64,000 nucleotides of DNA, from contig NW_005434560.1 of assembly GCF_000315625.1 (NCBI RefSeq), forward strand, positions 128,020 through 192,019, in the 5' to 3' direction. Below, piece by piece: positions 28,248 through 39,237 of the stretch. Position 1 is the stretch's first letter; every line of letters begins with the position of its first letter. The DNA comes from Guillardia theta CCMP2712. Taxonomy: Eukaryota > Protista > Cryptophyta. Position numbers and translations under genes: made by a program. Below the pieces are notes generated by a model. It worked only from the letters and a program-made list of their open reading frames with translations, was not told the DNA's origin and searched no databases.

Positions 28248-28281
28248 ATCGTCGGGATGGACGTGCTGTCGGGATGCAAAG
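28248..28281 (+). CDS. Terminase micro-exon (IVGMDVLSGCK+G)
   Basis: 34 nt between CAG acceptor and GTACTT donor. Confidence 0.75.
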
Positions 28282-28327
28282 GTACTTCTTTTTTTTTTAA
28301 TCTTTCCTGCATTGACTCCCTTGGAAG
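28282..28327 (+). other. 46-nt spliceosomal intron of terminase
   Basis: GTACTT, T-run, TTGAC branch, AAG; phase 1 removal restores the frame (G|AG = Glu). Confidence 0.8.
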
Positions 28328-28812
28328 AGCCCGACAAGCAGTTCGACCTGCTCGGGGAGCACATGGAGAGGCTGCGGGGGATGAACACCGCGCTCTACGC
28401 CTCGGAGTTCGTCGTCATGGTGGAGCGGAACCTGGGCTTCGAGGCGGAGTACCACCAGCGGCACTTCAACGGCATGCCCCATGTCCGCTTCCGCGTCGAC
28501 CACAAGGCCCAGAGGTACGGCGTGCTGACGACACTCGAGATAAAGCACGCCATGTGCACCATGCTCAACACCATGCTGCGGGAGCGGAGGGTGCACCTCT
28601 GGGGCGAGTTCGTCAGCCGCGACCCCAGGGGCATGAAGCGCCGGCTCCGCGAGCAGCTCGAGATCTACTCCTACCAGTTCAAGGGCGCCGCCAGCGTCTT
28701 CAACAAGGACCAGCTCGCGCTCAGCGGGAAGGTCGGCGGGATGAAGGACGACGTCTGCATCGCCCTGCAGCTCGCCTGCTACTACAGCTCCAACCCGGAG
28801 TTCTACGTGTAG
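28328..28812 (+). CDS. Terminase last exon (RNase H-like nuclease domain)
   Basis: VMVERNLG and SGKVGGMKDDVCIAL motifs typical of herpes/phage terminase nucleases. Confidence 0.85.
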
Positions 28813-28874
28813 TCACTGCTGTTCACGCATATTTATGTGACTCTCTCTGGTGACAGTCCAACGTTCAAGTTACT

Positions 28875-29126
28875 ATGGTTTCAGAAGAAATGAGTAAGAG
28901 AGAGAGCCACATCCTGTCCTTCAAGACCTGGTCTATAGGCATTCTGGATGAAAGTGACATTGATGCCGTCAAAGTTGCCATATCCTTGGATGATGTGCAG
29001 CATATCTTCCATAAGATCAACTACAGGGTACCTTATGATTGTGATCACAAAGAACTTTGTTGTATGTGGCTCAAGGTGGTCATTGATGACAATCTTGAAG
29101 CTGCCTTTAGAAATGTTTCTATTTAG
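28875..29126 (+). CDS. Small AT-rich ORFan
   Basis: 83 aa; TATTTAT upstream at ~28830. Confidence 0.5.
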   Translation: MVSEEMSKRESHILSFKTWSIGILDESDIDAVKVAISLDDVQHIFHKINYRVPYDCDHKELCCMWLKVVIDDNLEAAFRNVSI

Positions 29127-29176
29127 GCTAAACCCGTTCTCTCTGTATTGGAATTAAATTACGATTCCTTATTAAT

Positions 29177-30556
29177 TCAAAGCCGCATCTGCACCAACAT
29201 CATCCGCATGGCAGCCTGCATCCTGTTGCACCGCACCACCCTCTCCGCGTCGTCCTCCGGAATCCCGCGGAGTGCGCCCAGGTACCGGGTGACGAGGACG
29301 TGCTTGACGAGGAGGTACTTCCCGGTCCGGATGCTGTCGGAGTTGAGGTTGGCGGCCTGTGACATGTACGCCTTCAACCCGTTGAAGTAACGCACGTTGA
29401 CCTGCGCGGGGGACTGCGCGGCGGCGAGGAAGGTCATTCCCTGGATCTCGCCCAGGTGGAACTTACCGTGGAGGTAGACCGCGATGTAGGGGTTGGTGGC
29501 AATGTCCCGCAGGATTATGTATGCAAAGGCCTTCTCTTGCATGAATGTGAAAGACGATGTCTTGATCTTTGGTTGAAGTTCGAAGGGATCCTCCGAAAAG
29601 TCTTTCCTATTTCCTGCGTCCTCTTGCATCAGCAGCTTCATCATACCCGATCCCCACTCGTTGGTGCACTGCATCCTCACCCCGAGCTTGTTGTAGTAGC
29701 CGGTGGGGTAGTTGATAAAGACGCGGGTGGTTTTTGTCTGGTCTGCGGTGTGCTCGTCGTTCCACATGTAGAGCACAAAGCGCTCGATGACCCGCCAGAG
29801 GCTCAGGTACAGGTGCGTCGGGAACACGTTGCCCACTAGGGACGTCTTGAAGCGCAGCACCGCCGAGATGACGTTGTTCGTTTTTTCGAAGACCTTGTAG
29901 CTCTCGCTCATCAGCTTGTTGTCTCTCGTTTGCATGTCTTTCCAGTCCTTCTTGTCCGCGTCCACCTCGATGAGCAGCGTGATGTGCATGCCGGCGAACT
30001 CCACGAAGAGGGAGACGTCGGGGCGGGTGCTGTTGCCGTCCCTCCCGCAGATGGTGCGGTTGAAGATCATTCTTACCTGGGACCCCGGGAAGCGGGTGGC
30101 GATCTCCCTACCGCACATGCCGGCGAAGACCTCCACGACGGGGTGGTCCTGCAGGATCGCCGTCGGCACCCCGGGCATGGCGACGCAGCACATGCAGACC
30201 GCTGTACCCTTTCTGGTGTCGATGCGGAGGTCGGTGAGGCTGACGATGGAGCGCCGGCCGCAGATGGCGCAGACGAAGTGCCGCTCGTCGCACTGGGCGA
30301 CCACCCAGCTCTGCAGCGACTCCATCAGCGCCACGCCGTCGATCGCGGAGGCGTCGATCTCGGCCTGGAGGGCTGCGATCTCCGCGGCATGCAACGCATG
30401 TTGGTCCTTCGGAAACATGGCTTTCGCATCTTTGTTATTCTTGAAGTTCGGTGTCCAGAAGGGGGTCTGCGTGAAGACAGAGGCGAGGTTGGCGCGCATG
30501 GCAAGCTCCTTGTTGGGATATCTTTCTGGAACGGGGTCACAGGTGATCGTCTGCAT
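29177..30556 (-). CDS. Zn-finger plus PD-(D/E)XK-like nuclease
   Basis: CAIC...CMCC, then RPD...LLIEVD; GTATTTCAA box at ~30593-30601. Confidence 0.6.
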   Translation of the reverse strand: MQTITCDPVPERYPNKELAMRANLASVFTQTPFWTPNFKNNKDAKAMFPKDQHALHAAEIAALQAEIDASAIDGVALMESLQSWVVAQCDERHFVCAICGRRSIVSLTDLRIDTRKGTAVCMCCVAMPGVPTAILQDHPVVEVFAGMCGREIATRFPGSQVRMIFNRTICGRDGNSTRPDVSLFVEFAGMHITLLIEVDADKKDWKDMQTRDNKLMSESYKVFEKTNNVISAVLRFKTSLVGNVFPTHLYLSLWRVIERFVLYMWNDEHTADQTKTTRVFINYPTGYYNKLGVRMQCTNEWGSGMMKLLMQEDAGNRKDFSEDPFELQPKIKTSSFTFMQEKAFAYIILRDIATNPYIAVYLHGKFHLGEIQGMTFLAAAQSPAQVNVRYFNGLKAYMSQAANLNSDSIRTGKYLLVKHVLVTRYLGALRGIPEDDAERVVRCNRMQAAMRMMLVQMRL

Positions 30557-30664
30557 GCATCGGTTCTCTGGGATGGCCTCCTTGCCGACCCCTTGAAATA
30601 CAGCCCCGCCCCGGCGCCCGGGTATTTGAACCCGGCAGGCCCCACCGGAGAGAGATTCCATACC

Positions 30665-31840
30665 ATGCAACGCGCGAACCGGGCCGTGACCTTCCAGGAG
30701 CTCTACGCCAGGGCCAGGCTCTACATGCGCTACCACGTCATCATCTCCGTGCTGCTGCTGGGCGCCGCGACGGGGCTCTTCCTCCTCAACATCAACAGCT
30801 TCCTCCGCCAGAGCGGGGTGGTCGTGAACGGCAGCTCGCCGCCTACGAGGAGGAGCGGGGCGGATGCTCCTTACAAGGACGAGTCCGAGTCACGTTCCCT
30901 CGTGAAGAAGCTGACCCGCCGGGCGATCGCCGAAAACGCCGTCCCCGACCGCCTCCTCACGGTCGTCATCCTCACCCGGGACCGGCCCTGGAGCCTGGAG
31001 AGGCTGCTGGTCTCGCTCTCCGCGGCAAGGTACGACCAGGGGGTCAGGGTCAACCTCATCCTCAGGCAGGACCTCCCTGCCAACGGCGTGCTCTGCCAGG
31101 ACACGGCCAGGATCATCCGGAGGCTCTACTGGCCCCACGGCTCCGTCGACCACGCCATCGAACAAGCGCCCAGGGGGCCCATGCGCATGTGGCTCGGCGC
31201 CTACGCCCCCTCCGGCCCCACGGACTACTTCCTCGTCCTGGAGGACGACATGGAGGTCAGCCGCTTCTACTGCCGCTGGGTGCTCGCCGCCCTCGACCGC
31301 TTCCGCCTCGACTCCACCGTCTTCGCCGTGTCCGCGTCCAAGCCCGAGCTCAGGGGCAGGGACCCGCTGGGGCTCGGCCCGGTCCAGTCCAGCATCCCCG
31401 CCGGCACCACCCACGTCAAGTACAGGATGCCCACCCCGGACGCCCTCGCCCCCGTTCCCAGGCACTGGAACGCCTTCCGCACCTGGGCGGTGAAGATGCT
31501 CGACAGCGATGGCTTCGACCCCACGCTCACGGAAGAGGTCGACGTCCGCGACCTCCGCCCCTTCGAGATCTACAGGGAGATGCGCGCCATCGGGAGGCAG
31601 GAGCTCGCCTGGACCGCCTTCCTCGTCCGCTACACCTTCGAGGTCGGCCAGTCCACCGTCTACCCCTGGACCCCCACCGGCGCCTCCCTCGCCCGCTCCT
31701 GGGACGAGCCCGACGCCCTCACCCGCCACGGCCGCGGCCCTACCTCCGACCTCCTCGCCGTCTGGGACCCGGCCCTCGTCCGCTGGAACCCCAGGGCTGG
31801 AGTCAGGCTCGACTACACGGGCAGGCCCATGTCTCCTTGA
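30665..31840 (+). CDS. Type II membrane GT-A glycosyltransferase
   Basis: N-terminal TM; [12 protein letters not shown] and FLVLEDD motifs. Confidence 0.8.
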   Translation: MQRANRAVTFQELYARARLYMRYHVIISVLLLGAATGLFLLNINSFLRQSGVVVNGSSPPTRRSGADAPYKDESESRSLVKKLTRRAIAENAVPDRLLTVVILTRDRPWSLERLLVSLSAARYDQGVRVNLILRQDLPANGVLCQDTARIIRRLYWPHGSVDHAIEQAPRGPMRMWLGAYAPSGPTDYFLVLEDDMEVSRFYCRWVLAALDRFRLDSTVFAVSASKPELRGRDPLGLGPVQSSIPAGTTHVKYRMPTPDALAPVPRHWNAFRTWAVKMLDSDGFDPTLTEEVDVRDLRPFEIYREMRAIGRQELAWTAFLVRYTFEVGQSTVYPWTPTGASLARSWDEPDALTRHGRGPTSDLLAVWDPALVRWNPRAGVRLDYTGRPMSP

Positions 31841-31896
31841 CGGAGTGCGGTGTATTTAAACGCGGCGAGAAAGGAGGTGGCATCGTGGTTTTGATT

Positions 31897-33384
31897 ATGG
31901 GACGCACCAAACAAGATCAACGGAGGGAGACCGGTCAAAGGGCTCCAGTCGCGAGGCTCTCAACTCAGAGAGCCAGAGAAGATGCACCCTTTACGGCGGG
32001 TGTAAGACAGCCAGGCAGCACTGCTACCAAGCAGCGCGGTGTTGTCGCATCGGGCGTGAATGTGCCCAATTATCTGCAGTTGATCTGTGCCCTTTCTGCT
32101 TTTCAAAGTGAGGAAGATCTAAAACAAATGCAGTACTTTGTCGACCTTTCTAAGGAAGATGAAGCTTGGTACAACAAGCTTACCTCAGAAAACAGGCAAA
32201 TATTTGATGATCTCTGGGTTAGGCTCGATTCCGTGTCTGTACCTCAGACAGAACAGCAAACGACTGAAGGTGCAGCTTCTATCTTGCAGAGCATGCGCAA
32301 TGACGAGAATCAAGACACGCAACAGGAGTTCCAGGAATCCGATCCAACCAATGTCGTGAGCGGCACCCTGCAACCGGACGTCACGGTGCTCCTCGAATCC
32401 CAACCCGAGAGCAATGAAATGGATTCGCAGCAAGAGCCTGTGCCGGCCCCTCCTGCCGTCGATGGAAATGGTGATCCAATCGATGAAACGGGCACTGGAT
32501 CGCAGGTTCCTGGGACGTCGCCGACCGATGAGCCGACATCCGTTTCCTCTACCATCGATGAGAACAATCAAGAAATCGATGGAACGGGTACTGAATCGCA
32601 GGTTCCTGGGACGTCGCCGACCGTTGAGCCGACATCCGTTCCTGTCGTCGATATGAACGAGAACAGAGATGAAGGCTCTTCCAACGCTACCGGTTCAAGC
32701 AAACTGCTAGAGAAGGCATTTCAGCGAGAGAGCAGCTCGGATGAATCCGATGATCCCGATGCACCTGTGATCACCAACTCTCGCAAGAACGTCGGTGGCA
32801 AGCAACTCCCACAGATGCAACCACAGATGTCGAACCCACAGCCGCAACCAGCAACGTTTGTGAACCCAGCTTTGGAAGAGTATCACTTCGTTATTCCCGA
32901 GCAACCCGACAATGGTCCGGAACAAACAGGCGTTCCATCTACTGCCACTGATTCGTCTGTTTCTAAAAAACCAATCAGAACCAAGCAGACTGCCAAGAAG
33001 AGCACTGGCGGCAAAGCACCACGCAAAGGTCGCGCCAAAAAGGATTCTAGGAGGTCCACCGTACACGACGGCGGAGTCAAAAAGCCCCACCGCTTCCGCC
33101 CCGGCACCGTGGCCCTCCGCGAGATCCGCAGGTACCAGAAGAGTACGGAGCTCCTTATCAGGAAGATCCCTTTCCAGCGGCTCGTCAGGGAGGTAACGCA
33201 AGACCTGGGATTCCGGGGCATCCGATATAAAGCAGATGCCATCATGGCGTTGCAGGAGGCTTCGGAGGCCTACCTGGTTGGACTCTTTGAAGACACCAAC
33301 CTCTGTGCCATCCATGCCAAGCGTGTCACGATCATGCCCAAGGACATCCAGCTGGCCCGGAGGATCCGTGGGGAGCGTACTTAG
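31897..33384 (+). CDS. H3: Histone H3 with a long extension and a second, N-terminal H3-like tail (495 aa)
   Basis: C-terminal [17 protein letters not shown]...[28 protein letters not shown]...[11 protein letters not shown]; N-terminal MGRTKQ... collinear with the H3 tail; TATTTAAA at 31853. Confidence 0.95.
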   Translation: MGRTKQDQRRETGQRAPVARLSTQRAREDAPFTAGVRQPGSTATKQRGVVASGVNVPNYLQLICALSAFQSEEDLKQMQYFVDLSKEDEAWYNKLTSENRQIFDDLWVRLDSVSVPQTEQQTTEGAASILQSMRNDENQDTQQEFQESDPTNVVSGTLQPDVTVLLESQPESNEMDSQQEPVPAPPAVDGNGDPIDETGTGSQVPGTSPTDEPTSVSSTIDENNQEIDGTGTESQVPGTSPTVEPTSVPVVDMNENRDEGSSNATGSSKLLEKAFQRESSSDESDDPDAPVITNSRKNVGGKQLPQMQPQMSNPQPQPATFVNPALEEYHFVIPEQPDNGPEQTGVPSTATDSSVSKKPIRTKQTAKKSTGGKAPRKGRAKKDSRRSTVHDGGVKKPHRFRPGTVALREIRRYQKSTELLIRKIPFQRLVREVTQDLGFRGIRYKADAIMALQEASEAYLVGLFEDTNLCAIHAKRVTIMPKDIQLARRIRGERT

Positions 33385-33408
33385 ATCGTACTTAGATCGT
33401 ACTTAGAT
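33376..33408 (+). repeat. 3x CGTACTTAGAT spanning the H3 stop codon
   Basis: Direct reading. Confidence 0.95.
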
Positions 33409-33485
33409 TATCCCACCCCACGGGCATACCGTCCCCTTTCCGTTCGTAGTGATTAAACGTCGCTTAATATTACTTTACTGTTTCT

Positions 33486-34556
33486 CTACGCTACGAAGGT
33501 CACGATGGAGGTGTCGAGGAGGCCGTGGGTGTGCTGGAAGGCCATGATCCTGCCGTGGACGAGGCGGGTGATGATGTCCTCTGGCCTGACCTCGCAGGTG
33601 ATGCCCTCGACGCTCCTGCCCCGCCCCGCCATGAAGGCCATGCGGACGGTGCCGGCGCGGACGCTGCGCTCCTCGGTCTCGAAGGTGAGCTCGCTGCAGA
33701 CGGTCTCTTGCTCTGCCGCTTGGTGGGTGCCTTCCTGTGCCCTCTGCAAGGGAACCACGCGGGAGCGGGCGACCTGGGTGATGCTATCCCCGTCGTCGGC
33801 GTAGCAGAGGCCGAAGGAGATGCTGGCGGGGCGCAGGATGGTGAGGGCGCGGCTGATCTTCCTGCACTGGTTTCTCTGGACCGCGAACCTCTGCGGCGGG
33901 TGGATCTCCGGGTGCTCGAAGACGACGTTGAGGAAGAGGTGGATGCCGGTGGAGCACTGCGTCCAGTACGGCAACCCCGCCTCGAAGGGGTGCCGGTTGA
34001 GCGTTTCGAGGGCCTTGAGCACGCTGGAGGGGGGCATGTGGAGGATGGCTTGGAGCTGGAGGTTGGGGTAGACAAAATCCCACTGCCGCAGCAGGGCGAT
34101 GTCGGTCATGAGCTCACTGACGGGGACGAGGTCGATGTCGACGTCGATGTCCTCGAAGTCTTCCTCGGCCTCCTCCCTTCGCATCTCCTTGCGCATGCGC
34201 TCGACGTGGCCCGCGACGGCCTGGCGGCAGGAGGAGGGGAGGCATTCCGCGCTCAGGGGGCTGCCGTGCCCGCTCCTGCACATGGGGCAGCGCATGCCGT
34301 GGAGCATGAAGTAAACCGCGAGGGCGACGGGATGGAATGCCTTGCCGCAGCACGGAAGCTTCACCACGCAGCACTTTCCCCCGTGGACCTCTAGTGTGTG
34401 CGACTGGGGTATGCCCTCCACCTCCGCGCTCCCCAATGGCTCCATGAGGATGGGGCAGTCGTCCGGCGGGCTCCCCAGGCAGTCTTCCCCCCCGAGCATG
34501 ACGTCGATGCAGTGCTCCCCACACTCGCTCACCCATGTCTGCAGCACCCAAGTCAT
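33486..34556 (-). CDS. RING-finger protein (putative E3 ubiquitin ligase)
   Basis: CPI...LPCCGKAFH...CPMCR. Confidence 0.7.
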   Translation of the reverse strand: MTWVLQTWVSECGEHCIDVMLGGEDCLGSPPDDCPILMEPLGSAEVEGIPQSHTLEVHGGKCCVVKLPCCGKAFHPVALAVYFMLHGMRCPMCRSGHGSPLSAECLPSSCRQAVAGHVERMRKEMRREEAEEDFEDIDVDIDLVPVSELMTDIALLRQWDFVYPNLQLQAILHMPPSSVLKALETLNRHPFEAGLPYWTQCSTGIHLFLNVVFEHPEIHPPQRFAVQRNQCRKISRALTILRPASISFGLCYADDGDSITQVARSRVVPLQRAQEGTHQAAEQETVCSELTFETEERSVRAGTVRMAFMAGRGRSVEGITCEVRPEDIITRLVHGRIMAFQHTHGLLDTSIVTFVA

Positions 34557-34654
34557 GGGTGCTCCCGTGCGCTTCTGATTTCGAGCCTATCGACGTCGCA
34601 TCCCCCGTTTATACCATGCCCCGCGCCGACCCCGCTTGCCGTGCTTGAAATGGT

Positions 34655-35071
34655 TCAACGTATGCGTAGTCTGTATGTCTTAAACCTCCCACCTGTGGGC
34701 CTTGCAGACAGTGCATTCTGATCCGTAGGTCCACTAGGTGGGCGTGGTGGTGCGTTGGGTCCCGCTCTTGCTGCCCGCATGCTGTTGTCTATCATGTATT
34801 GTATGCATAAATTCAAAGCGGTGTCCCTAGCAACGCGGTCTCCTTGTCCCAGCTCGTCCCAAACTTGTCTTTCCATTGCGGGTATATCCTGTATATGTTT
34901 GTAGCGGTATTTTTCCACTATTCTCCTGATTTGTGGGTGATGTCCTAAAGCGGTACGATATGTTTCATCAAGTTCTCGATCAGTTCCATGTCGTACGTAA
35001 TAATCAAGATAAAGTCTAAAGTCTTTATTAACAAGGTCCCACCAATCCGCCAAATTCATGCGATCATCCAT
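34655..35071 (-). CDS. AT-rich ORFan
   Basis: TATTTAA at 35100-35106, 30 nt upstream of MDDRMN. Confidence 0.6.
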   Translation of the reverse strand: MDDRMNLADWWDLVNKDFRLYLDYYVRHGTDRELDETYRTALGHHPQIRRIVEKYRYKHIQDIPAMERQVWDELGQGDRVARDTALNLCIQYMIDNSMRAARAGPNAPPRPPSGPTDQNALSARPTGGRFKTYRLRIR

Positions 35072-35123
35072 GTTTTTTATAAATGCTTGATGACATGGAT
35101 TAAATATTGGATCGTATTCATAC

Positions 35124-35396
35124 TCATTCAAAAGATGGAAAAAAGAGCGAGCAGAACCTTCCGTAGGTGTGCGTCCTGCACACCAGCCCTGGGCCGCAGT
35201 CCTTGTCGTCGTGGCACGCGTAGAGGTGCTGCTGGTACCCCCTGTCCTTCTTGATCTTCCTGAATTTGACGTGCAGGGACTCGTCGAACTGCATGGGGCG
35301 GGCGGGGCGCAGCTGGTTCACCGGCACGAAGCCCAGTGAGCCAGCCAGGGAGACGAGGGGCAGGAGGGCGAGAAGGATAAACCAATGCCGCTGCAT
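35124..35396 (-). CDS. Small secreted Cys-knot-like protein
   Basis: Signal peptide; CxxDxDCxxGLVC...C; GTATAAAC upstream. Confidence 0.65.
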   Translation of the reverse strand: MQRHWFILLALLPLVSLAGSLGFVPVNQLRPARPMQFDESLHVKFRKIKKDRGYQQHLYACHDDKDCGPGLVCRTHTYGRFCSLFFPSFE

Positions 35397-35486
35397 AATT
35401 TTGCTGCGATCGTAGCCACACCCACGTTTATACCCGTCCTCTTCCGGAACGATATAAAACGGCTGTGCTGGGATGTTGCAGGAGGG

Positions 35487-36482
35487 ATGCGGAGTGCCTG
35501 GGACTACTGGTATGATTTTGGAGGGGGGTTCGATCCGATGATACTCGACGCGGCGGGGGCGCTTCCGCTGGCGGTGCTGGGGGCGGACGTGGCCTACGCC
35601 TACCGCTCGACCGGGGTGGCGGCGGCGGTGCTGGCTTCTATGGTGACCGGGGCGCTTCTGAGGTGGGGTGTGCCTGGTTTCGCTGCACCTGGGATGGGGC
35701 AGGTAAGTTTCCATGGACCCCTGGACGTCCTCCACGGGCTGGACCTCCTGTTGATCCCCGTGGTGGTAGCCGCCTCGGTCTCCCGCCCTCACCACTACGT
35801 CGGGTCGGTGCTTCTGCTGGTCTTCCTGGTGATGGCGCTCCGTCGGTATAACCGCCTAAAATTCCCGATAAGCTTCACGAGTATGTTTATCCTCCTTGCC
35901 TGTGCGATGGGGGCTTCGGTGCATGGATTGACGGTCACTCCTCCCGTCCAGACGCGCTGGGAGGAGCTGGGTTGGTCAGCCGTGCCTTGCCTGGCCCTCT
36001 TCGTGCTGGCTTGTACGAGGAGGTCGCCACCCCTGGAAGGTTCGAAGGTCCCAGTGCCGGCTGTGGAGATTGGGGTCTCTGTCGCTCTCTTCATCCTTGG
36101 TGGCTACCTCTGGAATACGGAGTGGGGATCCAGGGCAGAAGGGCTCGTCTATATGGCCGTGGACGTGAGGGACGGGGGCTGGGAGGCTGCGCTGCTCCGC
36201 CTTCCCACCTACCTCGCCCTGGTCGCGGTGGTGGCGCTGCAGCTGCAGCAGGGGAAAAAACACGAGTCGTTCGAGCAAGCCAAGGCGCGGCTGGAGATCG
36301 AGGTCGTCTGCATCGCCTCCGCCTCGGTGGTGGCCCTCCCACTCCTCGCGCTGTGCCCCTTTGTTGTCCTCCCCCTGATCGCACTGCTATTGCGGGGGGC
36401 TGCTTTCCTGACGGTATATAAGACAAATTTGCACGCTTTTCCAAATGTGGCGTACTACGCGCCGGTCCCAGGTGGCCCTTAG
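35487..36482 (+). CDS. Polytopic membrane protein
   Basis: Many TM segments; ATATAAAA at ~35452. Confidence 0.7.
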   Translation: MRSAWDYWYDFGGGFDPMILDAAGALPLAVLGADVAYAYRSTGVAAAVLASMVTGALLRWGVPGFAAPGMGQVSFHGPLDVLHGLDLLLIPVVVAASVSRPHHYVGSVLLLVFLVMALRRYNRLKFPISFTSMFILLACAMGASVHGLTVTPPVQTRWEELGWSAVPCLALFVLACTRRSPPLEGSKVPVPAVEIGVSVALFILGGYLWNTEWGSRAEGLVYMAVDVRDGGWEAALLRLPTYLALVAVVALQLQQGKKHESFEQAKARLEIEVVCIASASVVALPLLALCPFVVLPLIALLLRGAAFLTVYKTNLHAFPNVAYYAPVPGGP

Positions 36483-39225
36483 CTTTGTAGCGCTGCTTGC
36501 CCTTCATTGCTGTGGGACTCTGGAAGCGTTGCCAATCCTCTCCAATGAAACCAATAGCAGCGCCTACCCCGATCTCTCAGCAGCCCCCGTCAACGATACC
36601 GTCTTCCTGGAGACACAGGCTGCCTTCCCTGCCACTCCCACCCCGGAACCCGTCCTGGTGGACACCGTATCTAGCGAGGCGGAGGCCAAGGTCGCGCCGG
36701 TGGACACAACCTACTACTCCCTGATCCGGCTGAACATCGAGGGCGACGTCCCCGAAGGCACCACCCTGGAGGAATACCTGCAGCAGCAGGTGAAGCTCTA
36801 CGTCGCGACTTACGGGGCGCAGGTCAGCAGCCTTGTCCTCGACTATGTCACCCAGATCCTGACGAACAACGTGGACCCTGGCAGCAGCCTGTCGGGCAAC
36901 CACCGCAGGCTGATGGAGACGCTCGGCGGCGGCACGGAGCTGGCCCAGAACACGACGGCGGTGATCGTGGCGCTGCAGTCTCAGTCATGGACCAACATGC
37001 AGGCGGTGACAGCGGGAGTGAATGCACAGAACCTCGCCCAGACGATCAACGGGAGGAAGGTGCTGCAGGTGTCAGCGGTGTCGTCCACCATCTCGTACAC
37101 GCTCCCCGGCCCGGCGGAGGCGCTCAACTTCCTGCAGCGCGTCTCCCCCAGCCTAAGCGCTCTGAGCGGCCTGCAGTACAACGCCTCCACACAGCTATGG
37201 TCTGTCAGAATGCGTTTCGTGCCCGAGCCCGGCAGCTTCTCCGCTCTCTACGTCACCAGGACCAACGGCTACAGCGCGGCCGACATGGCGAACCCGTGCG
37301 TGCAGCCGACGGCGACGCTGTGCTGCGTCTGGGACGTGATGGCGAGGTACTACACCCCGGACCTCCCGCTCTCGAATTTGAGCTGCAGCGCGGCGCTCAC
37401 GGCGCAGCAGTTCTTCGACTCTCTCGGAGCTCAGAGATTTGTACACATCGACCTCCCATCCCTGGGCATTCGCTCCAGCTACGCAAGCCCCGGGGATGAG
37501 CAGGAAGGGATAGTGACGGTGGAGCTGGCCCAGGGGGCGGTGGAGCAGTACGTGAGCACGGTCCAGTCTACCTCCCTCTCGACAGGGGTCAACCGCTTCG
37601 GGATCGGTCTTCTCGTCATCCGCCCCAACCCGACCAGCAGCCCGGACGCCATCCTGGACTTCAGCGTCTTCGACGTCTTCAGCGTCAACAACTTCCTCCT
37701 CTCCGTCCGATCGACACAGGACTACACCCTTCTCAGCGGGCTGCAGGCTTCACTCCACGAGGTCAGCCATCCACTCGCTCAAGGTAGCACCGCCCGGGGC
37801 TCTATATATTACGCCAACCTCAACTTCGTCGTCCCGCAGGCCTACCGCATGGTGGACACCCCTGAGAATATCGTCGCCTACCTCGGGACGCAGCAGCTTC
37901 CCTTCTCGCAGACCAGCGCGTGGCAGTCTCCCTGTGGGGTGTATGGGGATGACCCCAACGCAAGGCTGGAGGAAAGCTGCAGGAGCCTCTCTACTCTGAA
38001 CTTCTGCCACCCGATCCAGCACAACTTCCTCGGTCGGCCGGGCATCGACATCAACCTGCAGATACCCTTCAACCCAGACCTCTCCGTTCCCGGCCTTACC
38101 CTGTACGTCTCCGTCCTCGTCCAGCTTCAGGACCCCGCGGGCTTCAGCCCTCCCGTCTTTACCAACGTCGTGCTCTCCGTCCCCCTGACGGGCTTTATCA
38201 AACACTGCGTCCCGGTCGTTGCCGCCGCCGCCACGCTCCCGAACAACTACATCAACGTGGTGATGAGGACGGGGCTGGAGGAGGGAGCCGGGGTCACCGA
38301 GCAGATCAGCCGCCTAGCGCAAAGCCTGGGTATCGACAGCGCCCCCGTCGCCTCCTACTCCATCGATCTCACGGGCGGGAACGTGATCCGGAGCATCACC
38401 GACTCGCTCATCACGATCAAGCTGGAGGGCTTCGAGTCATACTTCGCGGCGAACCCTTCCCTGCAGGTCTACGTCGACCAGGTGCTGACGATCCACACCC
38501 TCGGGAACGAGACGAGGACGAAGCTCAAGGCTCTCATCGACTCCCATGCGGCGTACTACACCGTCCCCCCCTCCTCGGGTGGCTCTTACACAGAGTTGGT
38601 GCTAAGGGACGACCTACTGGACCTTTGCCAGGAGGGCGTCCCCGGGAATGGCAGCGATTGCACCTTCCGCTGGGAGGTCCGCGACCGCATCACCGTGAAT
38701 CCTTTCTACGCCCACCGCGTCAAGGGAACGGATGAGGATGTTTCGTGGCTCAAGAACGTGATAGGAACATCGCAGCTCGCCTCCCAGGTGGCCATCAACG
38801 TGACGCAGTACCAGGGCCTACAGGGGGGTGCCGACCCCAGGTACAACTCCGTCGTGTGGCTCTACCCCGCCTACGCCTGGCCCGGAAGGGCTCTGTTCTA
38901 TCTGACGGACTACGTCTTCGCCGCGGTGGCCTTCAGCGTCCAGGCCGTCGGGCAGCCGACCGGGAGTCGGAGGCTCCTGGCGATGCCATTCTCTCCCTCC
39001 GAAGAGGCGCAGAACAGCGAAAAGAAAGAGTACGATGAGGAAGACGGGGATTACGAGAGATGGCTGCGGGAGAAAGAGCGAGAGGAGGAAGAGGAGATGA
39101 TGCGTAAGATAAAGGAGAAAGAGAAGAAATTGTGGCCTGTACACTTAAGAAATATGCGCCGCCCTCACCTGCAGGTGGTGCGGAAGGAGGAGGAGAAGGA
39201 GCGATACGAGTTAGAGACAATGTGA
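36445..39225 (+). CDS. Large secreted/virion glycoprotein (926 aa)
   Basis: Signal peptide, N-glycosylation sequons, RRLM and RRLL motifs; shares a QYN...WS...CC domain with 51407-53137. Confidence 0.8.
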   Translation: MWRTTRRSQVALSFVALLALHCCGTLEALPILSNETNSSAYPDLSAAPVNDTVFLETQAAFPATPTPEPVLVDTVSSEAEAKVAPVDTTYYSLIRLNIEGDVPEGTTLEEYLQQQVKLYVATYGAQVSSLVLDYVTQILTNNVDPGSSLSGNHRRLMETLGGGTELAQNTTAVIVALQSQSWTNMQAVTAGVNAQNLAQTINGRKVLQVSAVSSTISYTLPGPAEALNFLQRVSPSLSALSGLQYNASTQLWSVRMRFVPEPGSFSALYVTRTNGYSAADMANPCVQPTATLCCVWDVMARYYTPDLPLSNLSCSAALTAQQFFDSLGAQRFVHIDLPSLGIRSSYASPGDEQEGIVTVELAQGAVEQYVSTVQSTSLSTGVNRFGIGLLVIRPNPTSSPDAILDFSVFDVFSVNNFLLSVRSTQDYTLLSGLQASLHEVSHPLAQGSTARGSIYYANLNFVVPQAYRMVDTPENIVAYLGTQQLPFSQTSAWQSPCGVYGDDPNARLEESCRSLSTLNFCHPIQHNFLGRPGIDINLQIPFNPDLSVPGLTLYVSVLVQLQDPAGFSPPVFTNVVLSVPLTGFIKHCVPVVAAAATLPNNYINVVMRTGLEEGAGVTEQISRLAQSLGIDSAPVASYSIDLTGGNVIRSITDSLITIKLEGFESYFAANPSLQVYVDQVLTIHTLGNETRTKLKALIDSHAAYYTVPPSSGGSYTELVLRDDLLDLCQEGVPGNGSDCTFRWEVRDRITVNPFYAHRVKGTDEDVSWLKNVIGTSQLASQVAINVTQYQGLQGGADPRYNSVVWLYPAYAWPGRALFYLTDYVFAAVAFSVQAVGQPTGSRRLLAMPFSPSEEAQNSEKKEYDEEDGDYERWLREKEREEEEEMMRKIKEKEKKLWPVHLRNMRRPHLQVVRKEEEKERYELETM

Positions 39226-39237
39226 TAAAATGCTTGT

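Noticed and set aside
29930-30664. N-terminal extension of the glycosyltransferase ORF
   Set aside because: Antisense shadow of the nuclease gene; divergent TATA-like boxes at ~30593-30630 define the starts.
31189-31896. N-terminal extension of the 731-aa H3 ORF
   Set aside because: Shadow frame overlapping the glycosyltransferase; TATTTAAA at 31853 supports ATG 31897.
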